The notes under the pieces: model-generated
What the model was told of the DNA's origin: nothing
Database searches by the model: none
What the model saw: only the letters and a program-made list of their open reading frames with translations
Part shown: piece by piece, positions 1 to 7,535 of the stretch
Layout of the letters: every line of letters begins with the position of its first letter
Numbering within the stretch: the stretch's first letter is position 1
Source: an uncultured Bradymonadales bacterium
GTDB taxonomy: Bacteria > Myxococcota_A > Bradymonadia > Bradymonadales > Bradymonadaceae
Length of the DNA stretch: 30,498 nucleotides
Direction: 5' to 3'
Assembly (NCBI GenBank): GCA_964346045.1
Contig: CAYFTY010000001.1
Coordinates: forward strand, 1 to 30,498
Program-made: the position numbers and the translations under genes

Positions 1-525
1 GTGATGCATGTCCTTGGGGATCGTGCCGCTGCAGCCGTGATTGCCGAGTTGATGCGACCTGCCACCATCGAACGAACCGACGTGCTCGAAGAACTCGGTC
101 TCGATGACGTGTTGCGCCTGCTGGTTCTCGCGCTCACGGCCATTCGAGACCTGCCCGGAATCGACGCTTCGCTTGCATTTACGATGGACCTACAGCCGCT
201 CGCAGGATGGCTCGTCAGAGCGCGAGAAGACGAGCGCCGAGAACTTCTGGGACGTCTCCTGGCAGTCTCCGACCCGCTTGCTCTCGCGCTCGGCGAAGTC
301 GACCGGCACGAAGCAGACGAAGGTCTTGTATTTTCTTTCGAATCCAAGACGCGGGTCGTCGTCAGTGTGGTCACTTCGTCAGAGACTGAGGCGCTGCTCA
401 CACTTCTCGAGAGCCATGATCTCGACCCTGCGCTCCGCGAGTCGCTGACCGAGAGGCTGCGCGTGCGAATCGGCGCCAACCATCATCCGGTCGGACTTCA
501 GGAGCCGCTCGAAGTCCACGCCTGA
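1..525 (+). CDS. Hypothetical protein, probably 5'-truncated by the window edge; possible frameshifted tail to 652
   Basis: Open frame from base 1 with genome-typical codons (CTC/GTC/GAC/GAG); Leu/Ala/Glu-rich; no motif recognised. Confidence 0.55.
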   Translation: MMHVLGDRAAAAVIAELMRPATIERTDVLEELGLDDVLRLLVLALTAIRDLPGIDASLAFTMDLQPLAGWLVRAREDERRELLGRLLAVSDPLALALGEVDRHEADEGLVFSFESKTRVVVSVVTSSETEALLTLLESHDLDPALRESLTERLRVRIGANHHPVGLQEPLEVHA

Positions 526-648
526 ACGCATCCTCTATGGCATCGAGCGCGCTGACGTCCTCAGGAGTGCCAACGTCGGGAGTGCCGAGGTACTCGGGAG
601 CGCCGACGTCCCCGTCGGCATCGAGCTAAGTCTCGAACCCCCGAGCTT

Positions 649-678
649 TTGACGCTTCTTTCAACGGTGTGATAGATT
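649..678 (+). promoter_or_regulatory. Putative sigma70 promoter of the HD-GYP gene
   Basis: TTGACG (649-654), 18-nt spacer, TAGATT (673-678) preceded by an extended -10 TG at 670-671. Confidence 0.55.
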
Positions 679-722
679 CCTGAAGGTTCTTTTCCGCGGG
701 CGAGAGTCCACGAGGTATGTGC

Positions 723-2246
723 ATGAGTGAGGCGCTCGCAGCAGCGCGACTTCTGGTCGTCGATGACGAAGAATCGATTCGAGAAGTTCTGGTCGATTTC
801 CTGACCATCGAGGGCTATCGAGTCACCGCCGTATCCGACGGCCACCAGGCGCTCGAGCGACTCGAGAAAGAGAGCTTCGACGCAGTACTTCTCGACATGA
901 AGATGCCTGGAATGGACGGGCTCGAGTTGCTCGAGCACCTGCAGACCGCGGCCCCGAGGGCATTTGCGATCATGATGACCGGCTTCGGCACGGTCGAGAC
1001 GGCGATCGCAGCCATGAAACGCGGCGCATTCGACTACATCCTCAAGCCATTCAAAGTGCAGGACGTGATCCGCCTCGTCGAACGAGGATTGCGCGAGAGA
1101 AAGCTCAAAGACGAAAACATACAGCTCAAAGAAGCGCTGAAACTCTACGATCTCAGCGAAACGATGTCTTCGCAGCTCGCCCTCGAGCCGATCTACGACC
1201 TCCTCATTGATACGGCACGGGAAGAAACGGGCGCAGATGGAGTGGCTCTCTGGATTTGCAACGAGGGAGCCACGACATTCCAATGCGCACGCCGCTGGAT
1301 GCGCTCGAATCTCGAACGGGTCCACGCCGATATCATCGCCTCGATCGACATCGAGCAGCTCGTCGCCTCGGATGGCACCGTGGAGCATATCCTGCACGGC
1401 GAAGAAGCTCAGCGGCTCATCGAAGGCAATGCGCGGCAGCTCGTCTCGCTGCTGACCGTTCCGCTGCGGACCCAGGACAAGATCGTGGGTTTTTTCGTCG
1501 GCTACGCTTTCGAGCGCGACAACACCTTTCATGAAGGCAAGCGCAAGATGCTCTCGGTCCTGTGCGGGCGTGCCTCCGCCGCCATCGAGAATGCCCGGCT
1601 ATACGGCGATCTGAAGACGACCTTCAAGCAAACGATTCAGGCATTCGCCAACCTCCTCGAAGATAAGGATCCGTACACCCGCGGTCACTCGGAACGTGTC
1701 AGCAAATACTCGAGGATGATCGCCGAGGGGCTGGACCTTCCCGACGATGAAGTCGAGCTGATCGCTGATGCTGCGCTGATGCACGACATCGGAAAGCTCG
1801 GCATTCGCTACGAAGATCTCAACAAAGCCGAGCCGCTCACCGAGGCTGAATACGAAATGTTCAAGAGCCACACGACACGCGGCAAGTGGATCCTCGAACC
1901 CATCGAATTCCTGCACGATCTCATTCCCGGAGTCTACTACCACCACGAACGTTGGGACGGTCGCGGCTATCCGCTGGGCCTCTCCGGTGAAGACATCCCC
2001 CTGCACGGTCGCATCCTGGCGATCGCCGACACCTACGATGCGATGACCTCGCATCGAGCCTACCGACGCGCCCTGCCGCACGACGTTGCGATCCAGGAGA
2101 TCGAGGCCTTCGCAGGTACTCAATTCGACCGCAGGCTCGTCAAGGTCTTCCTCGCCGAAATCTCAGACGAACGCTCCGTGCGGCGCGCCAAGGCGCAGCG
2201 CTGGGAATCCCTGCGAGCGATGCAGGGAACGACGACGGCCGGTTAG
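723..2246 (+). CDS. Response regulator with receiver, GAF-like and HD-GYP phosphodiesterase domains
   Basis: Receiver motifs VVDDEE, LLDMKMPG, LKPF; HD-GYP motifs HDIGK, HHERWDGRGYP, DTYDAMTSHRAYR. Start moved from 717 to ATG 723 on spacing from the GAGGT RBS (712-716). Confidence 0.93.
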   Translation: MSEALAAARLLVVDDEESIREVLVDFLTIEGYRVTAVSDGHQALERLEKESFDAVLLDMKMPGMDGLELLEHLQTAAPRAFAIMMTGFGTVETAIAAMKRGAFDYILKPFKVQDVIRLVERGLRERKLKDENIQLKEALKLYDLSETMSSQLALEPIYDLLIDTAREETGADGVALWICNEGATTFQCARRWMRSNLERVHADIIASIDIEQLVASDGTVEHILHGEEAQRLIEGNARQLVSLLTVPLRTQDKIVGFFVGYAFERDNTFHEGKRKMLSVLCGRASAAIENARLYGDLKTTFKQTIQAFANLLEDKDPYTRGHSERVSKYSRMIAEGLDLPDDEVELIADAALMHDIGKLGIRYEDLNKAEPLTEAEYEMFKSHTTRGKWILEPIEFLHDLIPGVYYHHERWDGRGYPLGLSGEDIPLHGRILAIADTYDAMTSHRAYRRALPHDVAIQEIEAFAGTQFDRRLVKVFLAEISDERSVRRAKAQRWESLRAMQGTTTAG

Positions 2247-2538
2247 CGCTGAGCAATCGCGCGAAATGGTCATGAAGAGTGGCCCAGACGGCCCTACGCA
2301 ACTCGCCAAAAATCGCCCCGTGTCTATAATCAGGCTGAGTACATAGGGATCACTGCTCGGCCTAAGACGCATATTTACTGGGTTTTCCGGAATCATTCGA
2401 CTTTTTCGGCAGGATTTCTGAAACTGAAAGGGGCTGAGAAGCCTCTTATATGAGGAGAGGGCCGTCGGACATTCTTCGGCAGCTCAACGTATAGTCGGCG
2501 CGGGCCTTTCACCCGTTGATCGGCTTAGGAGTATACAC

Positions 2539-3222
2539 GTGATAAAACTCAACGATTTCAACAAGAGCGAAAATAACGAAGCTCTCGAGACGTTCGAACA
2601 AACGGCACTCGTATATCTGGACGAGCTCTACGCAACCGGCTTGAAATATACGAAGAACGAAAAAGATGCTGAGGATCTCGTCCAGGAGACCTTCCTGAAA
2701 GCATTTTCGAATTTCCACCGATTCGAGCAGGGAACCAATTGCCGGGCGTGGCTCTTCACGATTTTGACGAATACGTTCATCAATCGATTCCGTCGGAAAA
2801 AGAAAGAGCGGGAAATTCTGAACGCAGACGATCTGCGGCCCATCCGCCAGAACTTCCATAACGTCGAGAAAGCCGATTTCTACAAAGACCCTGAAAAGGG
2901 CGCGCTTTTCAAGACCTTCAGCACCGATTTAAAGCGGGCGCTCGAGCAACTTCCAGAAGAATTCCGGATGGTTGTGATACTCGCCGATCTCAACGACTTC
3001 TCGTACAAAGAGATCGCGCACATCCTCGACTGTCCGGTCGGAACGGTGATGAGCCGACTCTTCCGCGGACGGAAGATGATGCGGAAGCATCTGGTTCATA
3101 TCGCGTACGAGCGTGGCATCATTCGAGATAAGTCCCCGTTTTTGCACGAAGAGAGCAATCGGACCCGGCGCTCGGTGCGTCGCCAGAAGCTCGACGAGCT
3201 CGAAGAGCGCAAAGCGAGTTGA
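2539..3222 (+). CDS. ECF (group 4) RNA polymerase sigma factor, SigR/SigH-like, with a charged C-terminal extension
   Basis: Region 2 DAEDLVQETFLKAF...RAWLFTILTNTFIN; region 4 FSYKEIAHILDCPVGTVMSRLFRGR; AGGAG RBS before GTG. Confidence 0.93.
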   Translation: MIKLNDFNKSENNEALETFEQTALVYLDELYATGLKYTKNEKDAEDLVQETFLKAFSNFHRFEQGTNCRAWLFTILTNTFINRFRRKKKEREILNADDLRPIRQNFHNVEKADFYKDPEKGALFKTFSTDLKRALEQLPEEFRMVVILADLNDFSYKEIAHILDCPVGTVMSRLFRGRKMMRKHLVHIAYERGIIRDKSPFLHEESNRTRRSVRRQKLDELEERKAS

Positions 3223-3225
3223 CTC

Positions 3226-3345
3226 TCACGGGGTCGGGGGCATCCCGACCTCGTCGACCACCGACATGAACATCTGTGCGATCGCTGCATGGCCGGCAAC
3301 ATTCGGGTGTATGCAGGTCTGTTCTGGTTGCCTCCCTTCAAGATG
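3226..3345 (-). pseudogene. 3' remnant of an SGNH/GDSL hydrolase gene
   Basis: The minus frame reads ...QTCIHPNVAGHAAIAQMFMSVVDEVGMPPTP*, resembling SGNH block V (xxHPxxxGHxxIA). An in-frame TGA lies just upstream (3346-3348) and no start codon precedes the motif. Confidence 0.55.
3228..3254. terminator. GC-rich hairpin downstream of the ECF gene, no U-tract
   Basis: ACGGGGTCGGG-ggcat-CCCGACCTCGT, 11-bp stem with one G-U pair. Confidence 0.45.
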
Positions 3346-3607
3346 TCATCCGTGCGAGCACCCCACTCCGAGCAGCTTCTGAAATCACCGCTCTCGAGCT
3401 TTCCGGCCTTGCCTGTAAAGGGATCGGCTGACTTCCAGATGCGTTCCAGAGCGCGTACCTTTTCATACCTTTGCCTACATTCACTTTGGTCTGAACTCCG
3501 GCACCTTAGACGAATCTTCACTCCATTCCAATATCTGATGGAATAAGCCCCCCCCTGGCAAGCGAGCGCTCGTGTGAGTGTGTGAGAAATCGTGTTACCG
3601 TCATGTC

Positions 3608-4009
3608 ATGAGGGTTCTTTTTCTCATTTCGTTTGTGTTGATGACGTCCGGGTGCGCATCGACCGCTTATATCTACACCGAGCCCTCGGGCGCCGAGGTG
3701 CGTGTCGACGACAAGGTTCTGGGTTCTACGCCTCTCGCTTACACCGACCTCGTCTACGTCTGGACGACTCGCGAGGTGACGGTGGCGAGCAAGGGATATC
3801 GGACACGAACGTTCGAATTGCGTTCGGACGGCCCGCTTTCTCCGGTCTATGCCACCCTCTGTCTCTGCACTGCAGGCCTTTTTCTCCCGGCGCTCTTCGT
3901 CTCGGAATTCGAACACGAACTCTATGTCGTTCCGATGGAGTCACTCGAGCCCCCGGACGAAGAACCGCTGATCATTCGTGACCCTGAAGGAATCGACTTT
4001 CGACCTTGA
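3608..4009 (+). CDS. PEGA-domain lipoprotein
   Basis: Signal peptide with lipobox TSG-C from ATG 3608; PEGA-like YTEPSGAEVRVDDKVLGSTPL; stop overlaps the next start (TTGA). Confidence 0.75.
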   Translation: MRVLFLISFVLMTSGCASTAYIYTEPSGAEVRVDDKVLGSTPLAYTDLVYVWTTREVTVASKGYRTRTFELRSDGPLSPVYATLCLCTAGLFLPALFVSEFEHELYVVPMESLEPPDEEPLIIRDPEGIDFRP

Positions 4010-5520
4010 ACACTCCCGACGAAATCACTGAATGCAAGCATCGACCGGCCTGCGATGGCTGCCCCCTCTTCGAAGCGGGCTCGGGCGGGGTTGCGATCAA
4101 AACCGAAGCACTACGAGGGTATTTTCGGTCCTATCGAGATCGCTTCGGATGGCGTGCGCCGCAGGTCGAGTCCCATTCGGCTGACCTGGGCTATCGAAAC
4201 CGGGCGCGCATGGTCGTCGAAGGCGCGCGACTCGGTTTTTATCAGGCTGGCTCGCGGAACTTCATCGAAATCGAACGCTGCCTCGTTCACACGCCACATC
4301 TCGAGGGAGTACTCGATCATATCCGAGACTTCGAGGGGTTGAGTGAGTGCCGGTTTGTCGATGTGAGATCGTCGCGAGAAACGCAGAGCGCCCTCGTGTC
4401 GCTCGTGCGGGCCGACGAACCAGCCGATGCCTGGATTGACCAGGCGATCGAGCATTTTGCAGGGGTGCCAGGCCTCTCGTTGGCGCTCGAGCTACTGGCA
4501 GATTCGGACGCCATCGGGACGGGAGTCTCTCGTGTGCTCCATGGCGACGATTCGTTATCGATGCGTGTGAGCGGCTTCGACTTCGAAGTCACGAATGATG
4601 CATTTTTTCAGGTCAATATCGATGTTCTCGAAGCAATTCACCGCCGGATCCGACCCTTTCTCGAGTCGGTCGAGGATCTCGTCGATGCCTATTGTGGCGT
4701 CGGTGTTCATGGAATCGCCGTATCCCCAGAGAACGCGCGAATTCGAGGATTCGATGCCGTCCCTCAGGCGGTGGAGTTGGCGCAGCGCAACGCGGATCGG
4801 GCAGGGCGTGAGGCAACCTACCTCGCTTCGAGCGACAGCGATTTTATGCTGGATGGTGAGACCTCGGACGCCCTGATCGTGAATCCTGCACGCTCTGGAC
4901 TATCGCAGCCCTTCGTTAAGCGTATTTCTGGACATCCTTTCGAGCGAATCGTCTACGTTTCGTGCGATCCGCCGAGCTTTCTTCGAGACGCCGAACGGCT
5001 CGTGACCGCCGGCTGGCGCCCCGTCGAATGGGCCGCATTCGACATGATGCCACGTACCGAGCATGTCGAGCTGCTGGGGCTTTTCGAGCGCATCGAAGAA
5101 GCATCGTACTCGATCATCGATACGTATTCGGGTGTCGAGGGTCCGCCGGCAGACGACACCTGGTTTGCGATCGTCGAAGGGGAGTTGCCTCGTCGCGCCA
5201 CGCTTCCGCGTGCGATGGGTACGATCACGCGACTCAGGCGATGCGGGCCAGACTCGGTCGTCGAGATTCAAACCCAGGGGATCGAAGTCGATGCACTGCG
5301 CGAAACATTGCGGGCCTGGCAGCATCCTATCGTAGGCGACCGGCACTTCGGCCACGAATCGACTGCACATCGCTATGAGCGCGAATTCGCGCTTGATCGA
5401 CCTGCGCTGCACCGTTATCGCTCGGGAGATCGATACGAGGTGGTTTCTGCGCATCTCGTGTCGATGTTCAAATTGCCCGCAAAGGTTCTCAACCCGTTGG
5501 GCCGAGGTGACGATGTTTGA
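4006..5520 (+). CDS. rlmD: RlmD/RlmC-like m5U RNA methyltransferase (no TRAM domain) with a degenerate RluA-like C-terminal domain
   Basis: Fe-S motif CKHRPACDGC...RCLVH; YRNRAR; AFFQVN; SAM motif DAYCGVG; catalytic YVSCDP; tail carries WFAIVEG, HPIVGDRHFG, RPALH. Confidence 0.85.
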   Translation: MNTPDEITECKHRPACDGCPLFEAGSGGVAIKTEALRGYFRSYRDRFGWRAPQVESHSADLGYRNRARMVVEGARLGFYQAGSRNFIEIERCLVHTPHLEGVLDHIRDFEGLSECRFVDVRSSRETQSALVSLVRADEPADAWIDQAIEHFAGVPGLSLALELLADSDAIGTGVSRVLHGDDSLSMRVSGFDFEVTNDAFFQVNIDVLEAIHRRIRPFLESVEDLVDAYCGVGVHGIAVSPENARIRGFDAVPQAVELAQRNADRAGREATYLASSDSDFMLDGETSDALIVNPARSGLSQPFVKRISGHPFERIVYVSCDPPSFLRDAERLVTAGWRPVEWAAFDMMPRTEHVELLGLFERIEEASYSIIDTYSGVEGPPADDTWFAIVEGELPRRATLPRAMGTITRLRRCGPDSVVEIQTQGIEVDALRETLRAWQHPIVGDRHFGHESTAHRYEREFALDRPALHRYRSGDRYEVVSAHLVSMFKLPAKVLNPLGRGDDV

Positions 5521-5914
5521 GCAAGATTTCCTCGACGAGATTCGCCAGGAGCTCGAAGCTCAGAAAAAAGAGCTGGTTCGAAGGCAGAAGGAGACCTCTT
5601 CGGAAATCCTGGAGATCCGAGATTCGGATGCCGGTATTCTGGATTCGATCGACACGACGATGCTCGAGCAGACCACATCGACCATGCTCAAACTCAAAGA
5701 GCGTGAGCTCGAAAAATTGCGAGCGATCAACGCGGCGCTCGCCAGACTCGACAAAGGCGAGTATGGCTATTGCGTCGAGACCGGCGAGCCGATTGCCGGA
5801 GCGCGCCTGAGGGCGAATCCCCTCGCGCGACTTACTCTCGAGGCCCAGAAAGACCTCGAGGAAGAAGAGAGACGCAGGAATTTTCGCCCCGGTCTCTTGG
5901 ATGATATGGAGTAG
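5513..5914 (+). CDS. dksA: DksA/TraR-family RNA polymerase-binding factor, zinc-independent one-Cys type
   Basis: Coiled coil with DSIDTT tip; AALARLDKGEYGYCVETGEPIAGARLRANPLARLTLEAQ. ATG 5513 follows a GAGGT RBS and overlaps the rlmD stop. Confidence 0.88.
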   Translation: MFEQDFLDEIRQELEAQKKELVRRQKETSSEILEIRDSDAGILDSIDTTMLEQTTSTMLKLKERELEKLRAINAALARLDKGEYGYCVETGEPIAGARLRANPLARLTLEAQKDLEEEERRRNFRPGLLDDME

Positions 5915-5946
5915 AAGCAACCACACGGTAGAGTGCGAGTGAACAC

Positions 5947-7215
5947 ATGAAAACGATGGATCCCAACAGCAAAGTGCGCTGCTCATTCTGCGGAAAAGAA
6001 GCGCGCGACGTTCGACGGCTCATTGCCGGTCCCAAGGTGCATATTTGCGACGAATGTGTGTCGCTCTGCCGCGAGATCATCGAAGAGGATCGCCAGCGAG
6101 AGCCCGAGCGCTCGCAGGGCATCGAAGAGATGCGACCCAAGGTGATCAAAGCGTTTCTCGACGAACATGTCGTCGGCCAGGAGCGGGCCAAGCGCGCGCT
6201 GGCTGTGGCCGTCTACAATCACTACAAGCGGATCAAAGCCGACGAGATCGAAGACGACCTCGAAGAAAAGATCGATCCCGAAGACGAAGTCGAGTTGACC
6301 AAGGGCAATATCCTGCTCATTGGTCCCACCGGAAGCGGCAAGACCTTGATGGCGCAGACGCTCGCCAAGATGCTCGATGTTCCCTTTACGATCGCGGACG
6401 CGACGAGCCTTACGGAAGCTGGCTACGTCGGCGAAGACGTCGAAAACGTTATCAAAAGCCTCTGGCTGGCCGCCGATCGCGACGTGGAGCGAGCGAGCCG
6501 TGGCATCGTTTGTGTCGACGAGATCGACAAGCTCGGTCGCAAGGGCGACAGCGCATCATCGACACGAGACGTCGGAGGTGAAGGCGTGCAGCAGGCGCTG
6601 CTCAAAATGGTCGAGTCGTCGAATGTGATGATCACCCCCGAGGGGTCGCGAAACCGTCCCCAACAGGAATTCATCCAGGTCGACACGACCAATATCCTCT
6701 TCATCTGCTGTGGGTCGTTTCAGGGACTCACCGAGATCATCGGTCGACGCATCGGCGAGAGCCGCATGGGTTTTGGAGCCGACGTCACCCAAAAGACCGA
6801 TATGTCGAACGCGATTCTGCACCACGTGCGCCCCAGCGATCTGAATAAATTCGGCCTGATCCCGGAATTCGTCGGACGTTTTCCCGTGATCGTGACCTTC
6901 GACGAACTCAGCGAAGACATGTTGGTCGACATCCTCTGGCAGCCCAAAAATAGCCTCGTGAAGCAGTATCAGAAGCTTTTCGAACTCGAGGGTGTCAAGC
7001 TGCGGCTCAATGAAGAGGCGATGCGGGCGATGGTGCGCGAAGCTATCAAGAGAAAGACCGGAGCCCGTGGACTTCGAGCGATTATCGAAGAGGTGATGCT
7101 CGACATCATGTACGAGCTCCCCAGCCTCGATAACGTACGAGAATGTGTGATCACCGAGGATGTGGTCATGAAAAAGGAGAAGCCGATGCTCGTATACGAA
7201 AAGCAGTCGGCGTGA
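5947..7215 (+). CDS. clpX: ATP-dependent Clp protease ATP-binding subunit ClpX
   Basis: Zn-binding CSFCGK...ICDECVSLC; Walker A GPTGSGKT; pore loop GYVG; Walker B CVDEIDK; [10 protein letters not shown]; TGARGLRAI. Confidence 0.97.
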   Translation: MKTMDPNSKVRCSFCGKEARDVRRLIAGPKVHICDECVSLCREIIEEDRQREPERSQGIEEMRPKVIKAFLDEHVVGQERAKRALAVAVYNHYKRIKADEIEDDLEEKIDPEDEVELTKGNILLIGPTGSGKTLMAQTLAKMLDVPFTIADATSLTEAGYVGEDVENVIKSLWLAADRDVERASRGIVCVDEIDKLGRKGDSASSTRDVGGEGVQQALLKMVESSNVMITPEGSRNRPQQEFIQVDTTNILFICCGSFQGLTEIIGRRIGESRMGFGADVTQKTDMSNAILHHVRPSDLNKFGLIPEFVGRFPVIVTFDELSEDMLVDILWQPKNSLVKQYQKLFELEGVKLRLNEEAMRAMVREAIKRKTGARGLRAIIEEVMLDIMYELPSLDNVRECVITEDVVMKKEKPMLVYEKQSA

Positions 7216-7251
7216 TCGTGTCTGTGGTCTGAACACCCCAATTTCCAGTGT

Positions 7252-7280
7252 AGTGGCGACTCGCGTTGCCACTTTTCTTC
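7252..7280 (+). terminator. Intrinsic terminator after clpX
   Basis: AGTGGCGAC-tcgc-GTTGCCACT followed by TTTCTTC. Confidence 0.75.
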
Positions 7281-7371
7281 GTCCGGAGCGACGCTAAACA
7301 CATGGCGAGGCACCCTGAAACGCCCGGTTGACGGGGGCGATCCGGCTTTTTGTACGTTTTGTCACAAATAA

Positions 7372-7386
7372 TGGCATCGTACTTGC
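7372..7386 (+). promoter_or_regulatory. Putative sigma54 (-24/-12) promoter
   Basis: TGGCATCGTACTTGC matches TGGCAC-N5-TTGC with exact GG-N10-GC spacing, about 150 nt upstream of the lipoprotein gene. Confidence 0.55.
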
Positions 7387-7535
7387 GTTCGATCGACGGG
7401 GTCGAGTCTGAGAGTGTACGGTGCGCGGGCACGCACATTTGAATCGCAGGCCCTTTATAGGATACGCTGTGCTGCACGGGTGAAAGCCTGAAGAACTACT
7501 GAGTAGAGCCAACACTGAAGGGAGGCTCACGAAAT

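Noticed and set aside
540-720. c-di-GMP riboswitch upstream of the HD-GYP gene
   Set aside because: No GEMM-I features (GNRA tetraloop and receptor, conserved GCAAA elements); the structured part lies upstream of the predicted promoter.
2302-2330. Perfect TATAAT upstream of the ECF gene as a sigma70 promoter
   Set aside because: No credible -35 hexamer or extended -10 TG; possible but not supported well enough to call.
3266-3382. 38-aa Cys-rich ORF (CSGC, CHPC) after the ECF gene, as a possible zinc anti-sigma or RiPP precursor
   Set aside because: No RBS, no HxxxCxxC ZAS motif, and it is the antisense of the SGNH relic.
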